Part shown: positions 47,901-62,139 of the stretch, piece after piece
Layout of the letters: each line of letters starts with the position of its first letter
How positions within the stretch are numbered: the first letter of the stretch is position 1
Assembly (NCBI RefSeq): GCF_009834535.1
Contig: NC_045696.1
Coordinates: 96,164,001 to 96,228,000 of the forward strand
DNA length: 64,000 bases
From: Camelus ferus
Lineage: Eukaryota
Direction: 5' to 3'
Translations under genes and position numbers: made by a program
The notes under the pieces: generated by a model
What the model was told of the DNA's origin: nothing
What the model saw: the letters and a program-made list of their open reading frames with translations, nothing else
The model's database searches: none

Positions 47901-50900
47901 CACGCTGCTGCTCGTTTTGTCTCGAAATTACGTTTATAGCTTGCAAATTCTTTTCCCAGAGTTAAGGATGGCTCAGTTACCAGAGAGCTTTCCCATAACC
48001 ATGGTCTCTGAGCCAAAGGTGGAGCCAAAGTTCTACCCAAATCTAAATCTTTTCATAAAAATCAACATTTATTAAAACTGCAAAACACAACATCCTATAT
48101 CTACCATATATTCAATGGTAAAACAATTTTGAGAAAATCATGAGAAACAATTAACCTGTGATCTTATTAATAACAGCCCCTGGCATTCACTGACCTCTCA
48201 CCTTGGCAGAGCGCAGCAATAAGAAAACATACATTACTTCACTTAAACTTTCCAACAGCTTTAAGGAGGTAGGTGAAACTAGATCCTTTTCACAGATGGG
48301 GAAACAGAAATGTAGAGACTGGCCCAAGAAACTTGGGCTGATAAGAGGCAGAGCTCACTTCCGTAACTGAAGTTAATTCCAACCACGTTGTGTAGGACTA
48401 ACTTAAGAAGCACAAATCAATCTCACTCCAACTCTGTCTCTGTGCTACGGTAGACAAGACTGCTGTAACTTTTTCTTCATTTTTGTCCTGGATGAAACTC
48501 TGACCAAGCATGGCCAAAGGTTTCATCTCGAGGTCAGGCTCTGATAAACTGCTCAAGACTGCATAAAGAAGGACTGAAAGGCTGCGTGCGGGAAAGAGGG
48601 CTGTGACCAGTCACAGCTTGTCCGCAGAAGGCGCGCGGCCGCTCCGCCACGCTGCTGGGCGCTCACGCCGCAGGCCCTGTGCTCAGCCGTGCTTCCCTGC
48701 CATGCACTTTCTCTCTCCCGGATGCTCATTCTCCAGACACCCTTCCCTCTGAGCTATGACGAAAGTTTAGCTATTTAAGTCACACTCTCACACATGAGGG
48801 TTACCAACTAGCATGAACCCTCAAAATTTATTTTTACAAACTAATGAAAGCCACTGAATTCCTCCCCTGTCCCCCCAGTTACTGAGCTGTTAGCTCTTTC
48901 CTCGGATTGCTTATTCTCACGTGCAGCTGGCCTCCCAACAGTCCCATCAACTCCATGAGCCCGAACCCAGCCTGCCTATTTATGACTCAGAAGCTTTTAT
49001 CTTTTACGTGGTTGTCCGTATTTTTAAATGAATAAAACCAAGGGCCCTGCTTATCAAGTATAATATAAGGCTTCTGGGAAAACTACAAAAGAGAGTAGCA
49101 AGGCAAAGGATCAGAACCTGATTTAGGCTTTTGGTAGCAGGTAAATTTCAGCTGGGAAGAATAAAAAACACAGATTTGGAAGTGTGTGTATATCGTGTAT
49201 GTGACTTTTCCAAGACGGCAATAACTGCAAGCTGCTGAAAGCAAAATGCCTAAAATGGCTGAGCTGGAAGGCTTCTTCGCTGAAAAGTGACAGAAAACTA
49301 TTAATAAGAAGGATTTGTCAACACACATTTCCTCTGCCTGCTGAGGTATAATGCTCAGAAGTATCTACCCAGCCAAAGCTGCACAAACAGACACCTGGAC
49401 TTGCGTATTTCCTCTTAACGCAGCTGCTGGCAAAAGTACTTTTAAGCTTATTCATACATGTGTAGTTAAGAACTGGACTAAATGAGGTTTGGCTCAAATT
49501 GTAATATTGAAGTGATAACAAGAGCTAACATTTGTACAGCATGTTTATATATCTTAACTAACTGTAAATGGGAAAATGGGCAGCCTGGTCCCAGAGGGAA
49601 GTCTGCCTTCATTAGACTAAAAGGGCAGTTTCCTCTGGTCACTAGAGAAGGCTGGGGAATTGCAATCCCTTTTCAACGCAAGTGATGAGCTTCGGTTATA
49701 GATAATACTGACGTGGTTCTAATTTTATGAATAAGGGATACTGATTTATCCAAAACCACAGACATAATTCTCCAGGTGAAGAGACATATGGAGGGGAAAG
49801 GAGCTAAATCTTCATCCTCCACACAAAGAAAACAACAGACATGACCAGAAGACAAGAACTGCCAGTCACAGAGGAACTCAGGTGCTGAGACCCAGAAGCA
49901 ATAGCCAAAAAAGTGGAAGAGGTGGCTCCTGGAGCCTAGGAAAAGGGCAGGACTATTTTTCATTTTAAGTTTTATTCAATTATTTGGGTTCTTAAAGTAC
50001 ATAAACGCATGACTGACAAAAAAATTTAAATCAGTTTAATTTAATTACCAACAAAAAGAAAACAAAATTAAAAGGATGTCTAAATTTTTCAAGCTAGGAA
50101 AAGATGGAAGAAGGGAAAATAGTGGAGGTCCTTATTCGATAAATGCAATCACCTTCTTGCCTCTGAAAGACCTTCCTTTCTCACTGGGGTCTTAGGAGAG
50201 AAAGTGCCCATGGATTCCAGAGGGGTAACGTGCCAAGCTCAGGAAGCCAGCCTGGCAACCGGGGGTGACAGAGGCTGCAGAAAATCACCTGCCCTCCAGC
50301 CCAACAGGGCAGGTGACTGCATGAATAACAAACTCAGGGAGTGTCAGCAAAAGACCTGCCTTTCCCCCAAACCAGGAGAGACAGCCATTAGCATCAGTGA
50401 CACAGGACAAGGTCTGAGGAGTGGCCTAGTCACAACTCAAATGAAGCGCTACAGAAACTCAGAGAGCGGGTGACAGTTCATTCACTCCTCGCGGGAAGAT
50501 AAGGGAAAGCTCCATAAGCCGTAGAGTCGGGGCTGGTTTAAAGGAGGCACAAGAGGTCAACAGGTAGAGACGGAAGGGGCCATTCCAGCAAACAACCTGA
50601 GCAGGGCCAGCGGTGAGAGAAGAGATGGTGTGCTTGGAAATGGGACGTGGTCTTGGCCACATCGTAACGTACAGCTCGTGCTGCTGGTGCCTCATTTCCA
50701 CTCGGGGGAGTGATGGAGTTGGGGGAGCTTCCTGGGACAGACAGACAGTCCAAAGGTTTCTGGCACGGTGCAAAACTATAGACACGACCCACTAAAACAC
50801 AGTAAAAAGGGGTGTGCTTCTCAAATTACCTACTTTATAGGAATATCCCCTCCTTGTTTATGTTGGCCTATTTCGCTTTGGACATTCTTAAATCCCAGAC

Positions 50901-51744
50901 ACGGATATTTCTCTCACTATTGGGGTCCTGTCATGCCCCCAGGCTTCCCCAAGTCCTCAGCTTTGCGCTAGAGGATTCTGGCAGTGCTTTTTCCTCGTAA
51001 TTCCCTAAGAGTGCTGAACTCATAAGACGTAGAGATTTGAATTTCATGCACCTCCAGCTCTCCCAGCAGCTTACAAATCAGAATACCATTATACACATAC
51101 AAGTTCCTTAAAAAAAAAATCCCCCCTTAGCATTTTCATGTGGCATTGTTACTTTCAATATCACGATCATTATTTAATCCCATAAAATTAAAGTCAGTTG
51201 GATCTGCACTGCCCCAAATACTGGTTTTGTTGAAAATATACACATTTGATTCAATGTTTCTTTGTATCTGAGCTAGTTCTAGTAGTTACTGGATTATAAA
51301 CAAAGACATTCCTGCATGTCAAACTGAGTATTTATAAAAGTTAGTTTATTTTTGTATCATGGATCACAAGCCTTCAAAATACAAGTGAGCATATTCACTT
51401 CTACTCTGGTCTTTATCAATGTTTAGAAGTCTCATTTATGAAACATACAAAGCGTTGGAAGGAAAACTTGGAAGAAAGAACAGCTTCACAGAGGAAAGGC
51501 AGGCAGAACTATGTCTGAAGCAGTGTTTCCATGGGTTTGAGAAACACTCAGGAGAATGGGACTCAGAAAATAGTTATGAAATTACTTAAATCAAAAGACT
51601 AAACCCCTAAAATCTACCATTTCAAAGACATTTTTGCTTAGGGTGAAGCTACACATTTAATTTTTAGGGAGACTCCATGTAAACAAAAATCAGATATAAT
51701 AGAGAAGACGGTACGTGGATATAATAAAAATTGAGACAGGAGTA

Positions 51745-52142
51745 CAGGTATCACCTCTGCTTTTCTAAAGTTCACTTTACACTTCACTTTTACAAAACAC
51801 CTACATTAGTACCTGTTTTTAATAACCAAAAGAAATCCAAAAGGGATTTTTGCTTTTATGAAAAAAAGACGAAAAGCAAAAATAGTGAAAATAGTGTTCA
51901 GCATTTACTTTGCAGGGAGTCATTACAGAGGCAGGGTGCACCCCCAGTGAGAGTGGCACCCCAGCTCCTTCCCCGGGAACTACACTCGGCACCGCAGCAT
52001 CAAGCCGCCATGGCTTCGAACCACGACCGTGAGCACCTGTGCACCCGTTAGCAAGACGTGTCCCAAGGTAACCGCCTCTTCGCTTTACACCACTCCGGCT
52101 TACGAAGGTTGTTGCTCTGCTTTCAGACAACGGGGAGAACCG
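51745..52142. mobile_element. Non-autonomous Tigger (TcMar) element of artiodactyl type
   Basis: TA target duplication at 51743-51744 and 52143-52144, CAGGT start, imperfect TIRs, body 'acctacattagtacctgtttt...ctccttccccgggaactacactc'. Confidence 0.8.
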
Positions 52143-53649
52143 TACAAGGACACCGAAACTTCAGAAACGCAATTCAAATGCAGGACGCAATAGGTGAAGG
52201 AAAAATTATTCCAGAAAATTACTGCAGGCAGAGGGAAAGGCATAAGCCCAAGGGCCATAGATAACTGCAGGGAGTTCAAAGAGGTCAGCGCTGCCGGGAC
52301 GTGAAGTTCAGGGCAAGCAGTGTCAGCGGAGGAGCGTCAGTCACACAGCCCAGGAACAGCAAGACCTCGTAAGCAGTAAGGACCTACAAAAAAAGACACG
52401 GCCATGCTTATAATTCACAGGGGTCCTGCTCACAGGTGACTGGAGGGCAGACACCAAGGTGGGGGAACAGACTGGAGGAAGGGCGTACAGGACAAAAATG
52501 ACCTTGGGTTTGGTGGGAATCATAGACAAGAAATACTTAGATTTGGTGTTTGACCAGCTAGTGATGAGACAGTGAAGGAGAATTTAACGGTTTACAGCTT
52601 GGGTGACCAGTGGTAGTGCCAGATAAAAGGGACTTAAGGTCAATCAGAGCTTTGAGGGGTTCCGTTTTATTTTGTCTGACAATGAGAATAAGCAGGACTG
52701 ATAATGAGCACACTATCTTAAGAAAAAGAGAAAGAAGCTGGTAAAATGAGTAAAGTTGATGAAGGTCCCAAACTGGAAGAGTCTGAAGAAGACAAGAGTA
52801 TGCAGACGCAGGCCCGTCCTCCTGAGATGAATGATGGCTGCATGAATCCAGAGGACTACGGAAGAGGAAAGAATCTTGGCAACAGTTTGTTAAGTAAGGA
52901 AACAAGTCAGAAATTAAGGCCAAACAGGGTGCTCCAAAATCAGATTTAAGAGGAGAGGTAACCTGAAGGAAAACTACGAGACCCAAGAGCGCCAATTCAA
53001 GGCTGGGAGTGCGTCAGGGTATTATTTCCAACAGAGCAGTCTGTTCCCTAGAAGAGGGTCAGGCTAGATGGTAAACCACCCTGGTCCAAAGGAGACAGCT
53101 TTGGGGGCCTTCCCATCTCTCTTCTCATTGGATAGTGATCTTGCCCGTCACTGATCAAGACTCTCAGGTGAACACACACTGGCACAGCCTCCCTCCCCAT
53201 CGCATCCCCTGGTACAGAAAGTGGCCAAGGTTCTGGTCTGTTTTACTCTCAAATATTTTTCGGTTTTCCAACAATTTTCAAGGAGTTAGTGGAAGCTGAG
53301 CAAATTACAAGTTGAAAATACTTCCTGATAAATACAGAAGCTATTCCTACAGCAGCTTCACAAAAAGAGGTCACAGCCAGGCATGGGGAAGACTGAGCCT
53401 CCTGCTGGTTCAGGCTCTCACTTACACGGTTTCCCCCCACCGTGCTCTCTGCACCCGGTTTCATACCAGTTACTGTCCAGTCAGGCCTTGGTCATTTGCC
53501 ACCCTAAGCACAAGTCAGGCAGATCCATCTCACCCGAGCACGTAGGAGAGCTGGGCTCTGAAGGGGACTGGACATCTGTGGTACTTGACATTCTAGCCTC
53601 TGGCAAGATGTCAGCATTTCATAGAGTACTTTAAATGTTTTTGTTTGAG

Positions 53650-53786
53650 AGCTAATGCAGCACTTCCCACTGGTCAACACGGGCAGCCCAGGCAGAAAGC
53701 AAAGAGTATTTCCCTCAACATCAGATGTTACACTCAGTTGTTGATCCGACCTTGCCTTCAGAGACTGTAAGAGACTAGAAAAATTG
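53650..53786 (+). other. P2RY14: Candidate alternative non-coding first exon of P2RY14 (5' boundary uncertain)
   Basis: Repeat-free segment ending in consensus donor TTG|GTAAGT at 53786/53787; ETS-like CACTTCCC near 53661; position fits a known second P2RY14 promoter. Inference. Confidence 0.4.
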
Positions 53787-56714
53787 GTAAGTAGGAAAAG
53801 TTCATTCAGTGCAGCTTATTTAAAGAATATTTGTAATTCCCATGTAAAATGGCTTTCTGTGCTCATAACGTCCTAAATTATTATTATTTTTTTAATGGAC
53901 AGAATGGCTTTTCTAGGTTCAAAGACTAAATGCAGTTTCGATTAACTTTTCCCTGTATATGTTCTTTTTAATTCCATGAAGCAGGATTTTCTTTTATGAG
54001 CTTGTGCGTGGGCTTTTGGAAATTCCTATTTTTAAAAGTCTGTAATCGTATTGCTTGTAAAAGTGTTGTGTGTATGTGGATAGTGAGTTAAAATCAGTTC
54101 TGGATCTGGTGAAGAGAGAGCACAGTTACAGCTGGGTCACGACGTCATCCTTAGAGCCCAGGGAGTTCGATAAAGAACTCAAATACTGGATAGGGGGGAA
54201 AAAAAAAAAAGGAAAAACAGAAGGTTTGGTTTAAGAGCACAAAAGGCCACAACCTCACTAAAAACTGAAAATGGGAGGAAGCATTTAAAGTCTTCTCTGA
54301 GAAGCTAAACGCCTGGGCTCCTGATGTGGATTTAACGGTGAGTCACCATTGATTTTCAAAGGAAAGGAACAGGGATTAAATAAGCCTCATAGTCGCTGTA
54401 TTAGCTTTTGTTAATGTTTTAGATTTTGATTTTCATGTCCTTGATTCTTAACTTCTGATTTCTTCCTCAGAGATTTCATAAAACACTTAAATATCAAGCC
54501 CTGGTAGTTTTAATCTGCGGACTGCAACGACAAAGCCCATCACTTGTGGAACTTATTCTGTTGCTTGCTTTTCTAGAAATCGAGTAGTTAATTCCATAAA
54601 ATCTAAAGTAATAGATAATTTTAAAACTTGATTCATGCTTAGAATCCATTCCAGTTTATCTCCCAGCCCAAAAGAAGAAAATCTTTTCTTAAAGAGCCCC
54701 ATTTTCTGGAAAAATTGTAAGAACACTGCCACTAAAGAAGGCAGAGATTTAAAGCATAATTTACCAACCACAAACACCTCCCCACTCTGCCGCCAAAAAA
54801 AAAAAATTTTAAATCACTACATTTAGTATTTTTTTAGCAGCTGCGGCTCTTCCTTCTTAATAAATGACTCTCTAGACAGAGAAACTACAACCACTGAAGT
54901 CTTCTCTCTAATGCATATTTACACCTACCAACTTTCCTGCCAGCTCTCCTCGCTTAAAAAATGCTATTCACAGGAGAAAATACATGTACCTGTATATACG
55001 TATTTAGACATACAGGAAGAATCTCACACTTAACATAATTAAAAGGGACAGACTGGCATTTGCAACCCCTCGTTCTAGCCAACTCTCTGCATCCGCCCCA
55101 CTCATTCTAGGGGAAGACACGTTAAGGCCTTTCGTGCTTCTTCAACATCAAACATTTCACTGGCTACTTGGGATTCGCACGTGCCATCAGATAACCCGGG
55201 AAAGAAAATCCAGAGGAAGAGTTTGTTTTGTAAAACATAACCAAGATCTAGGCTTGTTCACTTTTAGCCACATGCCCTTAGGTACAATTATATAGATTTA
55301 ACTGCTTCTATGCAATTTCACTAATGACCGTTAAATGTATCCGCATTAACCTATAAAACTGACTCATCTGGTAGATAAAAAAACAGTCAAAATATCAGCG
55401 ATTTAAATGCTCGACTTATTAAAAAAGAAAAGCGACACAGTGTCGAGAGGCAGCCCCAGAAGTGCACAGGTGAGGCAAACACCAGCAATGACGGTTTTTG
55501 TAATTTTACCTGCTAGTGAGAGTCAGGACTTCTGGTCATCCCCACAGGCACTCCTCTGCTTTTAAAGCCTTTGCACAGATACTGTTATCAAAATTGGGTG
55601 TTTCTAGCAGCCAAATTACACTGGAAAAGGACTTCTATCATTGGCTCTGTTTTGCCTACTAGGAAACTGGAATCCAGAGAGGGTCAGTGATTCAAACAGG
55701 ATAACACAGCTAGTAAGGGCCAAGGACTGAACTTAAAGGAAAAAGTCATCTGGCCTCAAACCCAGTGCCCTTTCACTTACCCCACCTTGTCTCTGATCTA
55801 AGGAGATAAGTGTGTCCAACAAAAATTGTAATTTATACATAAACACAAGCTGGAGATGCAAGAGTATGCAGGGCTGCTCTGCCCCTTAACTAGGTATTTA
55901 TACAACAATGACAACAATCACTTTGTATAAAATAGTCAATATTATTGGGACTCAGATTTTTAGAAAGGCAATTTTGCATGGTCGAAAAAGCAGGCATTTT
56001 GCGGGCAAAGAGCTGAATTTGAATCTACTGTGACCTTGAGCTACATTGTTTTGTTTTTCAGCTCTTTGCCTCTTTGTTCCTCCTCTGTCCCATCACCTAT
56101 AAAACATCATGATAAAGCTATCACCCCCAAAAGCTACTAGGATACTGAGACATGCTAGCACCTGGCACATAGGAGCTACTCAGTAAAAATCAAATTCCCT
56201 CCCCTTTTCTTGCAAATAACTTAAGTTAGAGGCAGTACTAAGCAAGAGTAAAATCCCACAGGAAATTTCTTGCGTTAGATTCTGACACTCGTGGAGCCAA
56301 ATAAGAAATCACAACATGAGGGTAAATGAATATTTCTCTCCAATTACCTCCTATCATTCTGACAGAATACTGGGCATCATGTCAGTACCTAAGTAGTGAG
56401 TATGTCTCAACACGACCACTGAGCACCAACCACCATCAGTGACCCCTGTAAACGAGCAGGCCGGTGCTTCCAGGCCAGAAGAATGGGCCTGAGAGCTAGG
56501 GAGCCTGGAGATCTGGGTCAGGGCCTGTGAGCCCCACAGGTGGCGTCCTATACAGTAAGAGGTGGGAGGAAGACACGAGAGTTCTTACTTGCTTAATTCA
56601 CATGTTTGGTGGATGGACAGATAACCAAACAGACAACCTTACCAGAAAAGAGGAAAAAAGGTAATGAAAAGATATCTGACGTGTAGGAGTTACAATTGTA
56701 GCCGGAGAAGTCTT

Positions 56715-56858
56715 TTATATTTTTAATTTAATCACTTTTCACAGACAATCTGCATACTGTTCAGGATACATATGGATTAAGAGCTGATATACTAAAATAA
56801 GCAAAGAAACCCTAAAAAAAAAAAACCTGATTAGAAAATAGAGCAAAATACATTTTAG
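56715..56858 (+). mobile_element. Old L1 fragment (left of the Charlie1 element)
   Basis: A-rich L1 ORF2-like 'ggattaagagctgatatactaaaataagcaaagaaacccta'. Confidence 0.45.
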
Positions 56859-58105
56859 CCAAGAACTGTCAAACTTTCGGTCTCAAGATCCCTTAAATAG
56901 AGAAGCTTTTTGTGTAAGTTACACCTTGCAATGTTTACTATATTAGAAATTTAAATTGTGAAACTCATATTTACTTTTCCTTCATTTTAAAAATAGCATA
57001 AAGTGTTAATATGAATAACACATTCTTGTGAAATGTAATTATATTTTCCCCAAAAGGTTTTAGTTAGAAAAGTGGCACTGTTCTACAGTTTTGTTTATCT
57101 CTTTAACAACTGGTCAAAAACATTTAAATTCTCATATCCACTTCTGCATTAGATCAGCTTCAAAATGTAGTTTTACTTAAAGTATATTGAAGAAAATATA
57201 GTCTCACACACATATATAATAGGAAAAAGGAAGAAACAGCCTGCTGGATTTTCTTCTTTGGTATCACACCAAAACTCAAAAAGTGGCAGTTTCTTAAAGG
57301 TTGGCTGCAAAGTAGAAACTAAATCCATATCAATGAATATTTTTGCTACAGTAAATCCTTTAGTGTAACTTGGACTTGGAAGAAATCTTTTACCCCTGCT
57401 AGGTTTTATACTACATAATCACTGGTCATTTGGAGAGGTACATTCACCTAGAACTTTGAAGTATAATTTTCATCATATAGTAGCAAAAAATAGTATTAAT
57501 GCTGACATTGATTTTAGTCTGAATACTGAAAGTGCTGCTATTTGTTTGCCTTGATTTGAAGACTCAGCTCATTCAATTTTGAGAAAATGTCTGCCAAATG
57601 AGTGACTACAGATTGTGTATCATTCTTTCCAGTAAAAATGGTGTTCCATGGAAAAAGCATCTAATTCAGCTCACAACTCACTCAAGTGTAGTTCCTCTAA
57701 ACAACCATCATATACAGCAGAAGTGTTTTGTGAACAATTCCCACAATGTCACATAAAACATTTAAATGACACATACTGTAAGATATAATCAAATGAAGAA
57801 TATATATTACTTCGTCATGGTCATTCTAAAGTGAACTTGGCTTTTTCTTTTTTGTTTACTAAGACTGCATGGTAGTAGGGATGCAGTGACTACAGGACAC
57901 ACAGTTGGGTACACGGCCTTGATCTGTGCTGAAGTGCCAGCAGGGTTGTTCTACACACCACGGCTTCTGCCCCATTAGTACAAATGGCAGCACAGTGAGT
58001 AACAAAGGCAAACCACATGAAAACGGGCTGACCTCACAGGCTCCCCCTGAAAGTGTCCAGAACCCCTATGGTTCCACAGACCATATTATAAGAATCTTAA
58101 ACTCT
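56859..58105. mobile_element. Charlie1-family hAT DNA transposon (internally deleted)
   Basis: Start 'caaactttcggtctcaagatccctt', internal 'aagtggcagtttcttaaaggtt' and 'aaaaatggtgttccatggaaaaagc', end 'cccctgaaagtgtccagaacccctatggttccacagaccata'. Confidence 0.8.
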
Positions 58106-58109
58106 GATA

Positions 58110-59000
58110 TTAGAAATTTTTCTTTTGATACAAAGAGCACTAATTTGAAAAAAAAATAATTTGAATATATTAAAATTTGTAACATTTGTTTATCAAAAAA
58201 TACTTTAAAGGAGAAAGGCCAAGTTACAATCTGGGAGATGTTATTCACCATACACACACCCAACAAAGCAGGTATCAACAATACTCGAAGGATTTCTACA
58301 AATCAGTAACAGCACAAATAACCCAATAGAAAAATGAACAAAAGATACGATCAGACATTCCATGGAAATAACCAATTATCATATGAAGAGATGCCCCTAT
58401 CACAGTGATCATGAAAATGTAATCAGAAACACAATGTAGTAACATTTCAGAAGCAAAAATTTTAAATCTGAGAATACGCAACACTGAAGAGGATTTGCAT
58501 CCACAAAGGATCTACAACCACTCATGGAAAATAGTTTGGTATTATTTCCTACAGTTTAACATTCATATACCTAGCAATTTAATTCCTAGATTTACGCACA
58601 CAAGAAAACCCTTTCACATATTCATCAAGAGACAACAAGGATATGCACTGTAGTATGGTTTCTAAGGGCAAAAACCTGGAAACATCCCAAACACAGGAAA
58701 CTGAATGAACTGAGGCATGGCCAGACAATGGACTGTTACAGTCACCAAAACAAATTAATTACAGCAACACTCAGTGACATGGACAACATGTGACATGTAC
58801 TTAAATCATTAAATGATTACATATGTTTCTTAAAAATCACAATTTCATACACACAAATATACATACAACACACTTTTAGGAACACAGACAGATGTTACAA
58901 AACAATTTAAAACAAGACAGCGAGAGAATGAAAAAAAAAAAAAAGGGACTCGGGGTACACACTGGCCAGAGAGATGGCATGTAGGAGGGAGGGGAGAGCG
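58110..59000 (+). mobile_element. Old L1 (L1M-type) ORF2 3' end and 3' UTR
   Basis: 'aacccaatagaaaaatgaacaaaagat', 'aaaatgtaatcagaaacacaatg', 'ctagcaatttaattcctag'. Confidence 0.75.
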
Positions 59001-59314
59001 TTCACTTACACGCAGCTTATCAACATCAAAGTCTTGGCTTTTGTTTCAGTTACTGAGTTTGAGGGAAATTATTAACATGATTAAAAATAACAAAATCAGA
59101 ATTTTTGAAGTCAACCTTGCATGAACCTTAGATAAGAACATGACGTAAACCAAAGACTATGGTTAATCCAATTTTATGCACCCAAGACTTAAAAAGATAT
59201 CTATACATTTAACCTATTATACACATAGAAATTGTACAACTCTGAGGTCATGAACAGACTCATCATTTGACAGTTGAGTAAATCAAGTCCTTAATTTGAC
59301 CAAAGTTATATAGA

Positions 59315-59750
59315 TAGATTCATTCAATAAATATCTGTCGAACTTCTACTATATGCCAGGCACTAACTTAACAGTGAACAAGAGAAATAAGTTCTGTTCT
59401 CATAATGGTTACCTTTAAGATGGGGGCATAGTAGGAAGGGAGGGGGTAGGGAGGAGTGAGGATGATGGAGGAAATAAGTTGAAAAATAAATATGAAGGCA
59501 GCTCAGATGAAAAACACAGTAAAAGACAGTAAGAGGCTAGAGAGTGCTGGGTAGGCACTTGGCTGTGTTAGGTATCGCAAACAGGGAAGGCTTCCCTGAG
59601 GAGGTGACTTTTTAACAGAGACCAATATGAGGCAGCCACAGTAAGATGCTAGAGGCAGACAATCACACACAAAAGCCAGGGCTCCAGGGACTTCTGCTCC
59701 AGTGAGTTTGATGTTTATAGAACTGGGCTTCAATAAAACCATGGTGACGG
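59315..59750 (-). mobile_element. L2 LINE 3' portion
   Basis: 'ttcattcaataaatatctgtcgaacttctactatatgccaggcact', 'gggaaggcttccctgaggaggtgac'. Confidence 0.7.
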
Positions 59751-62006
59751 TGTGGAAGTAAGTTCACCTGGGTACTCCCACTACTCCTATGCAGTGCTTG
59801 ACAAAACTCTGTTGGTAGTGTTTGCCAATGGCCCCCATCAGTTTGCAAAGGAATAGAAGCCTTTCACGATTTATTGAGACAGAGAAAAAAACATGACCCT
59901 GCTCAGAGCTTTGCCCAGCCCTGGACGGCAGGCAAGGAAAAGCTCAAGGGGACAGCTAGGCAGTTAGGCTTTTGCTTTTCTTTTCGATTTTAGTTCCACT
60001 GGGCCAAAACACTAAGCAGCACAATGATCTACATTCACAAGGGGTATTGGTTTACTTGCCAAAGTTACCACGTACCTGCTACTTTGCTGTCTTCACATCC
60101 CCCGCCCCATACACACACAGCTGCACTTTTCCCACAAGTTAATCATGACAGCAACGTCCAAGAGACAGAGAAAGCTTGCTGGCACCTCTGCTGCTGTGCA
60201 CTGGACAGATTCGTATTACAGGTAAAAGAGCCACACAGCTGAAGAGAGGGTTCTGCTGTCAGGAGAAGAATGGTGGCCCCTGGCTGAGGAATCTAAGGCA
60301 ATAATAATCTCAAGTGATAACCCAAGTTATGCTGACATTATACCCACCAGGCCTCTCCCAGTCACCTTCTAGAGGGATGGAGCCAAGGGAAGAACATACA
60401 GGCTGGATGCTCAGTCACTGAGGTTTTAGAAGAGTTGAGTTCCAATCATAAGTGCTCTGGTGACCATCCCAGAACTTGCTCAAGCCACTAAGCTCCCTTA
60501 CACAGCTTTCTTCCTGTGTAAAATAAGGCTGTTTAAGGCATTCATTGGAAATTCATACAGCTCCTACTATGAACCATTTGCTGAGTCAGGTGAAAACACA
60601 AAGCTCTCTCTCCATGCAGTGGAACAGACAAGCCAATAAAAACAAGTCTTTCAACAGGAAACAATATTCTCTAGTAGCTAAGGCTTTAGGAAAACACTGC
60701 ACTGGATCCACACCTCAGCTCCACAACATACCAGTTCTTATACGCTGGACAAGTCATTCAAGCTGTCTAGACTTTAATTTCCTCAACCATAAAATGGGAT
60801 TACTTCTGTCTTCTCAGGACTACTGTAGGACTTTAAAGCGCAGTAGTTTGTTCATTTTTACAACTGCACAAAATTTCACTTAATTTTTTAACCTATTCTC
60901 CTGTCAATAATCATTTGAGCTATTTCCACATTTTTGCCATTAGAAACAGTGCTGCTACGAACATCCTTGTAAATGCTTGGTCAGCTTCTGGAAGAGAGTT
61001 TTCTAGGGTATATATTCAGAATTACAATGTTCAGCTATAGGGTGAATGAATGTTTACCTTTTCCATCTCTTTCCAATTCCTTTTCCAAAGAGATAAACTT
61101 TAAACATAATACTGAGTTGGGGATAAAAAAAAAAAAAGTCCTGGAAGACTACAAACACCACGAACAATTTTTATAATGAAATGCAGTGAATTCATATAGA
61201 TTAAAATCATTTTTTAAAGGCAGGAAATGAAAAACACAATATTCAGGACAGGGTTACCTCCTGGTGGAGGGAGACGGACGGACAGAGCAGGGAGGAGAGC
61301 AGGGGAGGGGCTGGAGCACTGGTAAGGTCCTGGCTCTCAGGCCAATGCTGTGTTCTTTTTGCTGTTCTTCAGCATATTTCTATAAATGCTTTTCAAAGTT
61401 TCAAATATTCCATTAAGAAGAAAAAATATTTTCAAAAGCAATTAGCACTGCCTGTGTCTGGTATAAGGTAAAGTTCCCAATGAACGGCAGCTATTGCTAC
61501 AAAGCGTGATGAGACTGAAAGAGACGGTAAGGCAGTGTTAGCTCAGGGTGGGAGCTACGTGTCCTCCAGAGGTGAGCGACCTGGCTCCTCACCACCCAGG
61601 GCTGTAGGAAAGGCAGGTGCCAGGAAGGGAGGGGAGGGAGAAGAGGCCACTCTGATGCCAGAACCACCAGGCTCTGAGCTCCAAGAGGGCAGGATCCCCA
61701 TCACCAGGAACACTGCCTGATAACAGGTGCCAAAAACATATGTGATAGATGAAAGGGAAGTCTGTCTTATGGATGACAGTCTTAAACAACGTTCTCAACA
61801 AAGATGACTTTGGCTTAGAAGAATGGGAAGAAAGAGAAAAGAAGGCAGCCAGGAATAGAATGAGAGACATCAATGTAAGGCTAGGCAGAGGAGCTCCCAG
61901 AGGTAACTGAGAAGAAAAGGTACGGCGGGTAGCAAGGAAGTCTAAGACTGATAACGCATTTGCTGTGTGTCAGGTACCGAGCTCAGTACTCTTTCCGCAA
62001 AACTAA

Positions 62007-62024
62007 CACACACACACACACACA
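62007..62024. repeat. (CA)n microsatellite
   Basis: About 8 CA units. Confidence 0.8.
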
Positions 62025-62139
62025 TAATACATACAAATATGTGTACATATCTATTTCTATATCTACATGTGTATGCATACATAGTTATAAATATCAGCCA
62101 AAAAAGTACATGTATACACACAATTTGTTTTACTAAATT

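Noticed and set aside
52746..52949. Acidic 67-aa ORF
   Set aside because: Purine-rich, probably decayed repeat; no homology recognised.
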